A stretch of DNA of 63,994 bases, the filler included, from Sandaracinaceae bacterium (lineage in GTDB: Bacteria; Myxococcota_A; Polyangia; Polyangiales; JADJQN01), in assembly GCA_947483975.1 (NCBI GenBank). It is 8 parts of 8 records of this genome, joined end to end, with 100 filler letters (N's around TTAATTAATTAA, not from the genome) between each part and the next. Parts side by side here need not be neighbours in the genome. Positions count along the whole stretch, not along the records: positions 16,760 to 24,988 come from CANKOL010000244.1; positions 25,089 to 33,260 come from CANKOL010000245.1; 6 more parts are not named here. One strand, 5' to 3'. Positions within the stretch are counted from its first letter, which is position 1. The number at the start of each line of letters is the position of its first letter. Made by a program: the position numbers and the translations under genes. This document shows positions 20,008 through 30,457 of the stretch, in pieces. The notes under the pieces are model-generated. The model worked only from the letters and a program-made list of their open reading frames with translations, was not told the origin of the DNA and searched no databases.

Positions 20008-20490
20008 TCAGTCGTTGAACAGGTTGTCGATGTCGTCGTCCGTGATCTCGGCGAAGGGGGTCTCGCGAGCCGGGTCCTGCACCTTTCTCATCAGGGCTTC
20101 GAAGATCTGATTGAGCTCCTCGCTCGCCTTCTTCACGCGCAGGCGGACGAGCCCGAGGGAGGTCTTGTTGTCGAAGATGACGACGAGGATGACGCGGTTG
20201 CCGACGAGCTGGATGTGGATGTTGCTCCGCTCCCCCTCGTGGAACTGCGTCGTGAAGTCGTTCTCCCGGAGGAGCTTCGCCATGCCGCCCGTCGCGGCGA
20301 TGTTGCCGGCGGTCAGCGAGGCGAGGGAAGTGGTGTCGATCTGCTCGGTGTCACCGCTCGCCGCGATGAGCTGGCCGTTCTTGTCGATGATGAACACGAC
20401 CTTGGCGTTCGCGTCCTTCACCAGCCGATCGACGATCGTCTGGATCTGGTTGAACTCCGCCTCGTACATCACCATGTGCGGGTTGGCCAT
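20008..20490 (-). CDS. mglB: Roadblock-domain GAP MglB
   Basis: [65 protein letters not shown]. Confidence 0.97.
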   Translation of the reverse strand: MANPHMVMYEAEFNQIQTIVDRLVKDANAKVVFIIDKNGQLIAASGDTEQIDTTSLASLTAGNIAATGGMAKLLRENDFTTQFHEGERSNIHIQLVGNRVILVVIFDNKTSLGLVRLRVKKASEELNQIFEALMRKVQDPARETPFAEITDDDIDNLFND

Positions 20491-20580
20491 CGACTCCTCC
20501 GCGCGTTAGACGCGCTTACTCTCGCTAGGGCCCACGTTCGTATCAGACGAGCGCAGAAGGGTAAAGGGTGTCGGTGAGTC

Positions 20581-23358
20581 TTAGGGCGACGGCACCGACG
20601 CCCGAGGCGCCGGCTGCGGCTTCGGCGCGACGAGCTTCCACAGCTCGAAGAGCGGGACCGGCAGCACCGAGAGCCCGAGGACGATCGCCCACTCGACGCC
20701 CGTCATCATGTCGGTGCGGAAGATCGGGTGCAGCGGGGGCACGAAGATCGTGATGAGGTGCACCGCGCCGCTCGCGGCGACCGCGCCGATCAGGAACTTG
20801 TTGGTGAAGAGGCCGACGCGGAAGATGCTGTCGACCTCGCTGCGGCAGTTGAACGCGTGAAAGAGCGGCGAGAACGCGAGCAGCGTGAAGGCCATCGTGC
20901 GCACATGCCCGAGCATCTGATCGCGCGTGAGGCCTTCCGCGAAGACCTGCGGCGCGTGATCCGGCAGCAGGTACAAGCCGAGCGCGGCGCCGCCCATCAC
21001 GACGCCGACGGCGAGCGTGCCGATCACGTCCTTGACCGAGAGCAGCCCCTCGCTGACGGGGCGCGGACGTTCGCTCATCAGGCCGGGCACCGCGGGGTCG
21101 ACGCCGAGGGCGAGGGCGGGCAGGCCGTTCGTGACGAGGTTGATCCACAGGAGCTGCAGCGGCGTGAGCGCGAAGCGCAGCGTGTCGTCGAAGAACGTGC
21201 CCGCGATGACGGCGACGACGAGGCCTGCGTTCGACGAGTTCAAGAAGAAGATGAACTTCTTGATGTTGCGGAAGATGGCGCGGCCCTCGCGGACGGCGTG
21301 CACGATGGTCGCGAAGTTGTCGTCGGCGAGCACCATGTCCGCTGCCTCGCGCGCGACGTCCGTCCCGCCTTGGCCCATCGCGATGCCGATGTTCGCCTCG
21401 CGGAGCGCGGGCGCGTCGTTGACGCCGTCGCCCGTCATCGCGGAGATGTTCCCGCGGCGCTTGAGCGCGCGGACGATGCGCAGCTTCTGCTCGGCGGTGA
21501 CCCGCGCGAAGACCGCGACGCGGTGCACGAGGCCCATCAGCTGCTGGTCCTCGATCGCCTCGAGCTCCGCGCCGGTCATGGCGAGCGAGTCGTCGTGCCA
21601 GAAGCCGAGCTCACGCGCGATGGCGATCGCCGTCAGCTTGTGGTCGCCGGTGATCATCACGACCTGAATGCCCGCGCGGTGGCACTCGGCGACCGCGACC
21701 TTCGCCTCCGGGCGCGGCGGGTCGATCATCGCCGCGAAGCCGAGGAACGTGAGCCCGGTCTCCGGCGCCGAGTGGTCGGGGTTCTCGCGCTCGGCGAGGG
21801 CGAGCACGCGGAGCGCCTTGGCGGCGTGCTCCTCGTTGCGCGCGAGGAGGCGCTCGCGCTCGGCTTCCGTGAGCGCGACGCGCCCCTCGGCGCGAAGGAC
21901 GTGCGTGCAGAGCGGCAGCAGCAGGTCGGGCGAGCCCTTCACGTGCGCGACGCGCTTGCCGTCGTTGCCCTTGACGATGATCGTCATGCGCTTGCGGTCG
22001 GAGTCGAAGGGCAGCTCCGTCTCGATCTCGACGGCGCCGAGGAGCGCCTCGCGCTGCACGCCGCCCTTGAGCGCGAGCGTGATCAGCGCGGCTTCGGTCG
22101 GGTCACCGACGACCCTCGCCGTCGGGCCGCTCGTGTCGACGACGGCGGTGTTGCAGATCGTGGCCGTCGCGAGCAGGCGCACGAGCGTGACGGGGAGCTT
22201 CTCGACGCGCGCGCCTCCGTGCTGGAACTCGCCCGTCGGCTCGTAGCCCTCGCCCGTCACGGCGAACACCTCGTCGGCGGTCTCCACGAGCCGCACGGTC
22301 ATCGCGTTCTGCGTGAGCGTGCCGGTCTTGTCCGAGCAGATCACCGTCGCGGAGCCGAGCGTCTCGACGGCGGGGAGCTTGCGCACGATCGCGCCGCGCT
22401 GCGCCATGCGCTGCATCCCGAGCGCGAGCGTGATCGTCGTGATCGCCGGGAGGCCCTCGGGGATCGCCGCGACGGCGAGGCTCACCGCGGTCAGGAGCAG
22501 CACCGTCCACGGCTGACCGCCGCGCAGGATGCCGATGACGAAGAGCGCGACGCTGACGGCGAGGCAGACGACGAGGATCTGCTTGCCGAACTTCTCGAGG
22601 CGCTGCTCGAGCGGGGTCTCCTCGCGCTCGGTCGAGCGGATCAGCGCGCCGATGCGGCCTAGCTCCGTGAAGGGGCCGGTCTGCACGACGACCGCGCGCG
22701 CTCGGCCGGCGGTCACGCTCGTGCCCATGTAGGCCATGGTCACGCGCTCGGCGAGCGCGGAGTCCTCGGTCAGCGCGCGGTCGCCGTGCTTCTCGACCGG
22801 CGCCGACTCACCGGTGAGGGCGGCCTCCTCGATCGCGAGGTTGCGCGTCTCGAAGAGGCGCAGGTCCGCCGGGATGCTGTCGCCCGCCTCGAGCTCGACG
22901 ATGTCCCCCGGGACGAGCGCCGCCGCGGGCAGCACGGCGATGGCCCCGTCTCGCACGACCTTCGCGTTCGGCGCCGCCATCTTCTGCAGGGCGTCGAGCG
23001 CCTGCTCCGCGCGCCGCTCTTGGAGGAAGCCGAGCACGCCGTTGACGATGACGATGAGGAGGATCGCGAGCGTGTCGCTGAAGCGCGCGAACCACGGCCC
23101 TTCGCCGCCCTCGCTGATCGCGACGGACGCGGCGACGACGGCCGCGACGAGGAGCGCGCCGACGAGCGGGTCCGCGAAGCCCGAGAGAAACTGCAGGATC
23201 GCGTTGGGCTTCGGGGGCTCCGGGATGCGGTTCTCCCCGAGCCGGGCGCGCTTCGCGGCGACCTCGGAGCTCTTGAGGCCGCTACGAAGATCCGCGTCCC
23301 AGTATGAACCGACAGCCTGCACGTCCATCGCGTGCCAGGGCCTCTGCGCCTGCGTCAA
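20581..23358 (-). CDS. Cation-transporting P-type ATPase (type IIA, Ca2+-like)
   Basis: TTG start after [56 protein letters not shown]. Confidence 0.93.
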   Translation of the reverse strand: MTQAQRPWHAMDVQAVGSYWDADLRSGLKSSEVAAKRARLGENRIPEPPKPNAILQFLSGFADPLVGALLVAAVVAASVAISEGGEGPWFARFSDTLAILLIVIVNGVLGFLQERRAEQALDALQKMAAPNAKVVRDGAIAVLPAAALVPGDIVELEAGDSIPADLRLFETRNLAIEEAALTGESAPVEKHGDRALTEDSALAERVTMAYMGTSVTAGRARAVVVQTGPFTELGRIGALIRSTEREETPLEQRLEKFGKQILVVCLAVSVALFVIGILRGGQPWTVLLLTAVSLAVAAIPEGLPAITTITLALGMQRMAQRGAIVRKLPAVETLGSATVICSDKTGTLTQNAMTVRLVETADEVFAVTGEGYEPTGEFQHGGARVEKLPVTLVRLLATATICNTAVVDTSGPTARVVGDPTEAALITLALKGGVQREALLGAVEIETELPFDSDRKRMTIIVKGNDGKRVAHVKGSPDLLLPLCTHVLRAEGRVALTEAERERLLARNEEHAAKALRVLALAERENPDHSAPETGLTFLGFAAMIDPPRPEAKVAVAECHRAGIQVVMITGDHKLTAIAIARELGFWHDDSLAMTGAELEAIEDQQLMGLVHRVAVFARVTAEQKLRIVRALKRRGNISAMTGDGVNDAPALREANIGIAMGQGGTDVAREAADMVLADDNFATIVHAVREGRAIFRNIKKFIFFLNSSNAGLVVAVIAGTFFDDTLRFALTPLQLLWINLVTNGLPALALGVDPAVPGLMSERPRPVSEGLLSVKDVIGTLAVGVVMGGAALGLYLLPDHAPQVFAEGLTRDQMLGHVRTMAFTLLAFSPLFHAFNCRSEVDSIFRVGLFTNKFLIGAVAASGAVHLITIFVPPLHPIFRTDMMTGVEWAIVLGLSVLPVPLFELWKLVAPKPQPAPRASVPSP

Positions 23359-23481
23359 ATCCCGGTCCTCCTCAGGGTAGAGCGGGGGCACTCTATCGGG
23401 GCGTCCGCTCCCCCGCAAACGGGGCAAGTCGCCGGATGTGGCGCTGTGGTCCCCCGCGGGGCGAGGGACTACGTTGCCGCC

Positions 23482-24988
23482 GTGCGAATCGCCGCTCGGC
23501 TGCTGCTCAATCTCTGGCGCTTGCTGCTCGCGCCGCTCTGGCTCGCCGCGCGCGTGTTCGCCCGCCCGCGCGCTCCCTGGCTGCTCGTCGAGGTGCGCCC
23601 GAGGCTGGTCGAGCTGCAGCGCGCGCTGCCGGGGCTCGCCCGGTTCTTCCCTTCGCTCGCGGAGCGCCGCCCGACGTCGCTCTATGCGCTGCGCCGCTTC
23701 GCGGAGCACGTCGCGCGAGATGCGCGCGTGCGCGGCGTCGTGTTCCGGCTGCCGCCGCTGACGGCGGGCTGGGCGTCCGCGACGGGGCTCCGCGAGGTGC
23801 TGCTCGGGCTCCGCGCCGCCGGCAAGCAGGTCGTCGTGCACCTGCCGCAGGGCGGTGGGCACAAGGAGGTCTTCGTCGCCTCCGCCGCCGACCGCATCGT
23901 CGTCGCGCCGCAGGCGACGCTGACGCTGCTCGGGCTCGCGGCCGAGGTGCAGTACTGGAAGGGGCTCCTCGACCGGGTCGGGGTGAGCCTCGAGGTGTTC
24001 GCTCGCGCGGAGTTCAAGACGGCGGTCGAGCCCTTCGCGCGCGACAGCATGAGCGAGCCACAGCGCCTGCAGACGACGGCGCTGCTCGCGACGATCGACC
24101 GTCAGCTCCGGGCGGCGCTCGCCGCGCGCCCGCGCGTCGGGGAGGCGGGCGTCGCCGCGCTCTTCGAGGGCGGGATGTTCACGGGTGAGCGCGCCGTCGA
24201 GGTGGGGCTCGCCGACGCCGTCGCGTACGACGATCAGCTGCCGACGCTGCTCGCCGAGGGGAGCGCGGAGCCGCCGCGCCTCGGCAGCGCCGGGCGCTAC
24301 CTCCGCTGGAAGGAAGCGCGGCTCCTGCGGCGCGTGCTTCCGCGCCCGTACGTCGCGGTCGTCGAGGTGCACGGCGCGATCGGGCTCGGCGTCGGCGGCG
24401 GGCCCTTCGGTCCGCGAGGCGCCTCGCTCGAGCCGCTCGTCGCGACCTTGCGCGCGGCCCGCAGCGACCCGCGCGCGGTCGGCGTCGTGCTGCACATCGA
24501 CTCGCCCGGGGGCTCTGCGCTCGTCAGCGACCTCGTCCACCGAGAGGTCGTGCGCCTCGCGGAGAAGAAGCCCGTCGTCGCCTGCTTCGCCAACGTCGCG
24601 GCGAGCGGCGGCTACTATGTCGCGGCGCCGGCGCACGCGATCGTCGCGCAGCCCGCCACGATCACGGGCTCCATCGGCGTCATCAGCGCGAAGGTCGCGG
24701 CCGCGGGGCTGCTGGAGAAGCTGCACGTCCGCACGGACACAGTCCGCACGGCGCCCCACGCGGATATGTTCTCGCCGACTCGCTCGCTCGACGCGGACGA
24801 GCGCGCGATCCTCGAGCGCGAGACCGACCAGTTCTACGGCGGCTTCGTCGCGATCGTCGCGGCTGGTCGAAAGCGCGCCGTCGCGGAGATCGAGCCGCTC
24901 GCGCGCGGGCGGGTGTGGAGCGGCGAGGACGCGAAGGCCGAGGGCCTCGTGGACCGCTTGGGCGGCTTCGACGCGGCGCTCGACGAGC
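23482..24988 (+). CDS. sppA: Signal peptide peptidase SppA (two-domain type), 3' truncated
   Basis: EFKTAVEPF, HIDSPGGSAL, AASGGYY, ITGSIGV, GRVWSG. Confidence 0.88.
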
Positions 24989-25088
24989 NNNNNNNNNNNN
25001 NNNNNNNNNNNNNNNNNNNNNNNNNNNNNNNNTTAATTAATTAANNNNNNNNNNNNNNNNNNNNNNNNNNNNNNNNNNNNNNNNNNNN
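24989..25088. other. Artificial contig spacer
   Basis: N44-TTAATTAATTAA-N44. Confidence 0.99.
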
Positions 25089-25484
25089 CCGCACATGCTG
25101 CCCCGCGCGCGCCGCCGCGAGGAGCCGCACGGCGTCGCCCTCTCGCGTGATCTGCTCCCACGGCACGACGGTGTCCGTCCCCTCGGGCAGCGTCGCGCCC
25201 GTCGAGATCGTGACCGCGTCGCCGGCTTGGGCGGTCGCTCGCGCCGGCACGCCCGCGCGCGACTCCCCGCGCACGGTGAACGTCGCGCCCTCCAGCGCAG
25301 CGCCCGCGATCGCGTAGCCGTCCATCGCCGCGTGATCGAAGGGCGGCGACGGCGCGGGGTAGTAGACGTTCTCCGCGAGCACTCGCCCGAGCGCCTCACC
25401 TGCGGGCGCCGACTCCGCGCCGAGCGGCTCTACGGACCTCAGCGCCAGGCTCTGCGCCTCCTCGAGCGACCTCCGTTCCGTCAT
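25089..25484 (-). CDS. moeA: Molybdopterin molybdotransferase MoeA, N-terminal part (3' truncated)
   Basis: ALGRVLAE, PPFDHAAMDGYA, ISTGATLPEGTDTVV. Confidence 0.9.
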
Positions 25485-25637
25485 CGACCTACGCTCGTCT
25501 GCATCATCTCGGCGACGATGCCCTCCGACGCGAGCCCGAGCAAGGACCGTCGCCCGCCAGCCGCCCGGCGCTCGAGGCGCGCCGTGCCCTCGCATTACGG
25601 TTCGCCTTTTCTGCGCAAGGTCCGTACATTGCTGCTC

Positions 25638-26078
25638 ATGCACCGATTTGGTTTCGAGCACGACATGTACGAGACCCTCGAATTCATGCCGCTCGACATC
25701 CGCCGTCGCTCCGACATGGCGGGCGTGCGCATCTCGCTCGCGGGCTGGCAAGCGCTCGCCTTCGCGGAGCGCCTGACGCTCGGGCAGCTCTCGGTGGACA
25801 CCGAGGCGGACCTCGACGCGTACCGGCTGATCGCGCGCGCGATGATGAACCGCGTCGAGCAGCCCATGAAAGAGGAGCATCGCGCGACGCCTTGGCGCGA
25901 CGCCGGCGTGACGACGCGCGTCGCGGCGCGGGCGCGCGAGCTCGGCTTCGCGTTCGAGCCGGCGGGCTGGGGCGCGCTCAGCGACTCGGCGAAGTACGCG
26001 CTCTACCGCCTCGCGGACTCGAAGAAGGATCCGTCGAAGCTCGAAGCCGCGCTCGCCGAGCTCCTTCCGTCCGCCTGA
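25638..26078 (+). CDS. Nitrate reductase-associated protein (NarM-like)
   Basis: MHRFGFEHD..LEFMPLDIRRRSDMAGVRISLAGWQAL and WGALSDSAKYALYRL resemble the cyanobacterial NarM family. Confidence 0.7.
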   Translation: MHRFGFEHDMYETLEFMPLDIRRRSDMAGVRISLAGWQALAFAERLTLGQLSVDTEADLDAYRLIARAMMNRVEQPMKEEHRATPWRDAGVTTRVAARARELGFAFEPAGWGALSDSAKYALYRLADSKKDPSKLEAALAELLPSA

Positions 26079-26099
26079 GCCTTCCGGCGCGCGCGGCCT

Positions 26100-26477
26100 T
26101 CAGCGCAGCTCTTTGCCGAACGGAAAGAGCGCGAGCGGCACCAGCTTCAGGTGCTGCGCGGCGAACGGCAGCCCGACGACCGTCAGCGCGAGCACCAACG
26201 CCCAGAGCAGGTGGTGGAGCGCGATCGCCCAGCCGGCGAGCACGATCCAGATGAGGTTCGCGATCAGCTCGAAGAGCCCGCCCGCGCTTCGGCTCTCTCG
26301 CACCTCCATGCCGAACGGCAGCAGCGTCGCGATGCCGAGCTTGATCGCCTGAATACCCCAGGGAATTCCGACGATCGTGACGCAGTAGCCGAGCCCGACG
26401 GTGATGTAGCCGACCGCCGTGCCGAAGCCCCCGAAGATCAGCCAGACGACGTTGCCGAGCGTGCTCATACCCGCCAC
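26100..26477 (-). CDS. YccF-domain inner membrane protein
   Basis: Two repeats: LGNVVWLIFGG..TIVGIPWG..LLPFG and ANLIWIVLAG..TVVGLPFA..LFPFG. Confidence 0.9.
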   Translation of the reverse strand: MAGMSTLGNVVWLIFGGFGTAVGYITVGLGYCVTIVGIPWGIQAIKLGIATLLPFGMEVRESRSAGGLFELIANLIWIVLAGWAIALHHLLWALVLALTVVGLPFAAQHLKLVPLALFPFGKELR

Positions 26478-26534
26478 TACGTACGACGCGCGCCGATATT
26501 TCGCGAGGTGAACTCGGGTGCGCGTCGGGCGCCC

Positions 26535-27434
26535 TCAGCGCGCGACGTCGGGCACGACGACCGGCACGACGACCGGCAGGATCAGCCGCCCGACGCTCGC
26601 CCAGCGCAGCGTCTGCAGCGCCTCGGGGCGACCCTCGAGCCGCTCCTCGAGCAGCGGCTCGATCTCGTAGCGCCAGATCTCCTCGATCTCCTCGCCGAGC
26701 CTCTCGCGGAGAAAGTAAGTGAGCCCCAGGTGCCCGCGCGCGTCGCCGAGCGCGGCGTTCGCGAGCGCGAGCGCGTCGAGCAAGCCGCCGACCTCGAAGC
26801 CCGTCTTCGCGTGAAAGCGCCGCAGCACCTCGGGCTCCGGTCCCACGGGGATGAACGCGAAGCGCCGCCGCAGCACATCGTCCGCGAGCGTACGTCCTTG
26901 CCCCGCCGAGCTCATCGTCGCGACGATGCGCACGTTCTTCGGGACCTCGAACGGCATCTCCCCCTGCGCGAGCGGGATCGCCTCGCCGCGGTACTCGAGC
27001 AGATAGAGGAGCTCGCCGAACACGCGCCCGAGGTCCGCTCGATGCAGCTCGTCGAGCACGAACACGCACGTGCCCTTCCGCGCGCGCGCCTCGTCGCAGA
27101 ACAGATGAAAGCGCCCCCGATGCACCGGCCAGGACACGCTTCCGTCCGCGTGCCGAATCGGCCGATAGCCGCGCACGAAGTCCTCGTACGACCACGAGCC
27201 ATGCAGCTGCGCGACCTCGAAGAAGCCGTCTCCGCCGCCGACGAGATGCCGCGCGAGCTCCCGCGCGAGGTACGTCTTGCCCGTGCCCGGCGGCCCGACG
27301 AGCACGGCCTGTCCCTTGCGCTCGATCGCTCGCGCCGCGTGCGTGAGCAGCGCGAGCGGAAAGCCACTCTTCTCGGCGATCTTCTCGAGGGCGTGATCCG
27401 GCTGCGCGCGGCGACTCGACATCGAGCCGCGCAT
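26535..27434 (-). CDS. McrB-like AAA+ NTPase domain protein (no N-terminal specificity domain)
   Basis: GPPGTGKT, QLHGSWSYEDFVRGYRP, LDELHRADLGRVFGEL, VPKNVRIVATM, LRRRFAF; alternative start 27422. Confidence 0.8.
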   Translation of the reverse strand: MRGSMSSRRAQPDHALEKIAEKSGFPLALLTHAARAIERKGQAVLVGPPGTGKTYLARELARHLVGGGDGFFEVAQLHGSWSYEDFVRGYRPIRHADGSVSWPVHRGRFHLFCDEARARKGTCVFVLDELHRADLGRVFGELLYLLEYRGEAIPLAQGEMPFEVPKNVRIVATMSSAGQGRTLADDVLRRRFAFIPVGPEPEVLRRFHAKTGFEVGGLLDALALANAALGDARGHLGLTYFLRERLGEEIEEIWRYEIEPLLEERLEGRPEALQTLRWASVGRLILPVVVPVVVPDVAR

Positions 27435-27521
27435 GATAGCCGAGCGCGCGCGCGGCGCCGTCCGCGGCGCATGAGCGGTTGACCTGCCGATCTCGTCCGA
27501 TACTCTGCCCGCACTCGCTTC

Positions 27522-29009
27522 ATGGCCAAACGCCGCATCACCGCTTCCCTCGTCGGTCTCGCCGTGACCTCTCTTGCCCAGGGCTGCGCGACGGCGCCCG
27601 TGACGCCCCCGCAGGCGCGCCTCGTCGCGGAGCTCAACCGCGGGCAGCGCAGCCGGACGGCTCTCTACGAGCTCGTCGATCAAGTGCCCTTCGGCGAGTC
27701 CCTGCTGCTCACGCGCTATCGCCTCGGCAACGGGCTCACGGTGCTCGTGCTCGTCGACGCCTCCGCGCCCGTCATCAGCTATCAGACGTGGTTCAAGGTC
27801 GGCTCGCGCAACGAGCACGAGGGCAAGACCGGCCTCGCGCACCTCTTCGAGCACCTGATGTTCAACGAGACCGAGCACCTCGCCGCGGGCGAGTTCGACC
27901 GGCAGCTCGAGTCCGCCGGCGGCGAGACGAACGCGGCGACCTGGGTCGACTGGACCTACTTCTACGAGAACGTGCCGAGGGATTCGCTCCCGCTCGTCGC
28001 GCGCCTCGAGGCCGACCGGATGTCGCACCTCGTGCTGCGCGACCCGCAGGTCTCGAGCGAGAAGGACGTCGTCATCAACGAGCGCGCCATGCGCGTCGAC
28101 GACGACGTCGAGGGCTCCGCGAACGAGGAGCTCTACAAGCTCGCGTTCCGTACGCACCCGTATCACTGGCCCACCATCGGCTGGCGGCAGGACATCGAGG
28201 GCTTCACCACCGCCGATTGTCGCGCGTTCTATCGAACCTACTACGCGCCCAACAACGCGACGATCGTGCTCGCCGGCGACGTCGACGAAGAGGCGGCGCT
28301 CCGCGTCATCCGCGAGAACTACGGGCGCCTCCGCCCCGCGCGCCTCCCTGAAGAGGCGCCCGTCGCCGAGCCCGCGCAGCGCGCCGAGCGGCGCGTGACG
28401 ATGCGCCGCCCGACCCCGACGGAGAAGCTCCAGCTCGGCTATCGCGCGCCCGCGTTCGGCGACTACGACCATGCGGTGCTGACGATCCTCAACGAGATCC
28501 TGCTCGGCGGGCGCTCCTCGCGCCTCTACCGCGCGCTCGTCAGCGAGGGCGAGCTCGCCGCTGAGACGCGCGGCGCCGTCGCGCCATTCCGCGACGCGGG
28601 GCTCTACGAGATCTGGGTCTCGATGCGCGAAGGGCACGAGTCCGGCGAGGCGCTCGCCGTCATCGAGGCGGAGTCCGCGCGCCTCCGCGATGAGCTCGTC
28701 TCCGACGCGGAGCTCGACAAGGCCAAGAATCGCCTCGAGCTCGGCTTCCTGCAGGGGATGGAGACGGCGAGCGGCAAGGCGGAGCAGATCGGCTTCTACG
28801 AGACGGTGCTCGGTGACCCGGCGCGCGTCTTCGGTCGCCTCGAGGAGGTCCGACGCGTGACCGCCGCGGACGTACAGCGCGTCGCCCGTCGCGTGCTCGA
28901 GGCGCGGCGGCGCACGACCGTCATCGTGCTGCCGGACGGCACCGCCGAGCCCGACGCCGCCGACTCGGACGACGGCGCAGACGACTCCGCAGCAGCCGGA
29001 GCGGAGTGA
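27522..29009 (+). CDS. M16 (pitrilysin-family) zinc peptidase, catalytic subunit, predicted lipoprotein
   Basis: Lipobox AQGC; GLAHLFEHLMF HxxEH motif; NAAT; EKDVVINER. Confidence 0.92.
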   Translation: MAKRRITASLVGLAVTSLAQGCATAPVTPPQARLVAELNRGQRSRTALYELVDQVPFGESLLLTRYRLGNGLTVLVLVDASAPVISYQTWFKVGSRNEHEGKTGLAHLFEHLMFNETEHLAAGEFDRQLESAGGETNAATWVDWTYFYENVPRDSLPLVARLEADRMSHLVLRDPQVSSEKDVVINERAMRVDDDVEGSANEELYKLAFRTHPYHWPTIGWRQDIEGFTTADCRAFYRTYYAPNNATIVLAGDVDEEAALRVIRENYGRLRPARLPEEAPVAEPAQRAERRVTMRRPTPTEKLQLGYRAPAFGDYDHAVLTILNEILLGGRSSRLYRALVSEGELAAETRGAVAPFRDAGLYEIWVSMREGHESGEALAVIEAESARLRDELVSDAELDKAKNRLELGFLQGMETASGKAEQIGFYETVLGDPARVFGRLEEVRRVTAADVQRVARRVLEARRRTTVIVLPDGTAEPDAADSDDGADDSAAAGAE

Positions 29010-29016
29010 CTCGCAC

Positions 29017-30450
29017 GTGGCCAAACGCACCATTCGTAAGCTCGGCAAGAAGCTCGCAAAGACGCTCGGCGCGGCCGCAGCAGGCGCGTCCGCCGTCGCT
29101 CTCGTGAGCGCGTCCGCCGTGCCCGCTCGCGCGCAGTCGGCCCCGCGCCGCGAGCGCTTCGTGATGGACTCCGGCACGGTCGTGCTCGTCGAGGAGAGCC
29201 ATCAGCTCCCGATGGTCGACTTCCAGCTGACGCTGCGCACCGGCAGCGCGTACGACCCGCCGGGCCAAGAGGGCGTCGCGCGCATGACGGCGCGCATGGT
29301 CCGCATGGGCACGCGTCGGATGCGCGCAGCCGAGGTCGAAGAGCGCATCGACGCGCTCGGCGGCACGCTCGGCATCGAGACCGCCGCGAGCTACACGCGC
29401 TTCAGCGGCTCCGTCATCAAGCGCAACGTCGGCCCATTTCTCGCGCTCCTCGCGGAGCTCGTCACGCAGCCCGCCTTCCGCGCCGCCGACCTCGCGCAGG
29501 TCAAGCGCGAGACGCTCGCCGACATCATCGAGCTCCGAGACAACGACCGCGGGCTCGCCTCGCGCGAGTTCCGTCGCGCCGTGTTCGGCGCGCATCCCTA
29601 CGGGCGCGCCGTGCTCGGCACCGCGAGCTCCGTCGCCGCGATCGATCGCACGTCGATCCTCCGGCACTTCGCGACGCACTACGTCGCGCGCAACACCCTG
29701 CTCGGGCTCGCCGGCGATGTCGACGAGCACGAGGCGCGCGACCTCGTCGCCCGCTACTTCAGCGTGCTGCGCGAAGGCGACGCTCCCTCGGCGGACGTCG
29801 CGGCGACGCGCATGGCCCGAGGTCGTCGCGTCGTCCTCGTCGACAAGCCCGGTCGCACTCAAACACAGGTCTACATCGGCGGCCTCGGCACGCGCCCGCG
29901 CGACGCCGATCATTTCCCGCTCGTCGTCGCGAACACGGTCTTCGGCGGCACCTTCACCGCGCGCCTGATGCGAGAGATTCGCAGCGTCCGCGGCTGGAGC
30001 TACGGCGCGTACAGCCGATTGTCGGTCGACCGTCAGCGCGACGCTTGGCTGATGTGGACGTTCCCCGCCGCCGCCGACGCGGTGAGCTGCGTCCGCCTCG
30101 AGCTCGAGCTCTTCGACACGCTGCTGCGCGACGGCATCACCGCCGACGAGCTCCGCTTCGCGCAGGACTACCTGGCGAACAGCTACGCCTTCGAGGTCGA
30201 CACCGCGAGCAAGCGCCTCGAGCAGCGCCTCGAGGTCGAGCTGCTCGGGCTGCCGCGCGACTACTTCGAGCGCTACGTCGAGCGCGTGCGCGCCGTGACG
30301 CTCGAGCAGGCGAACGCGGCCGTTCGCGCGCGCCTCTCGCGGGACGACCTCGCGATCGTGATGGTCGCGACCGCGAGCGACGTCCAAGCGGGGCTCGCCG
30401 CGCTCGACGGCATCGCGAGCGTCGAGGTCGTGCCCTTCGACCGCGAGTGA
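29017..30450 (+). CDS. M16 peptidase, non-catalytic partner subunit
   Basis: Same fold motifs without HxxEH; ARLMREIRSVRGWSYG; signal-like N-terminus. Confidence 0.88.
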   Translation: MAKRTIRKLGKKLAKTLGAAAAGASAVALVSASAVPARAQSAPRRERFVMDSGTVVLVEESHQLPMVDFQLTLRTGSAYDPPGQEGVARMTARMVRMGTRRMRAAEVEERIDALGGTLGIETAASYTRFSGSVIKRNVGPFLALLAELVTQPAFRAADLAQVKRETLADIIELRDNDRGLASREFRRAVFGAHPYGRAVLGTASSVAAIDRTSILRHFATHYVARNTLLGLAGDVDEHEARDLVARYFSVLREGDAPSADVAATRMARGRRVVLVDKPGRTQTQVYIGGLGTRPRDADHFPLVVANTVFGGTFTARLMREIRSVRGWSYGAYSRLSVDRQRDAWLMWTFPAAADAVSCVRLELELFDTLLRDGITADELRFAQDYLANSYAFEVDTASKRLEQRLEVELLGLPRDYFERYVERVRAVTLEQANAAVRARLSRDDLAIVMVATASDVQAGLAALDGIASVEVVPFDRE

Positions 30451-30457
30451 GCGCGCG

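Noticed and set aside
19400..20490. mglBA as a novel GTPase system
   Set aside because: Well-characterised myxobacterial polarity module with canonical sequence.
23359..24759. Apparent ~470-aa N-terminal extension of the P-type ATPase
   Set aside because: It is the antisense of sppA; a good RBS and TTG start occur at 23358.
27435..29177. Apparent long N-terminal domain on the McrB-like protein (880-aa ORF)
   Set aside because: It is the antisense of the M16 peptidase gene, not a specificity domain.
27522..30450. Second M16 gene lacking HxxEH as a pseudogene
   Set aside because: Active/inactive heterodimeric M16B pairs are well known, and the ORF is intact.
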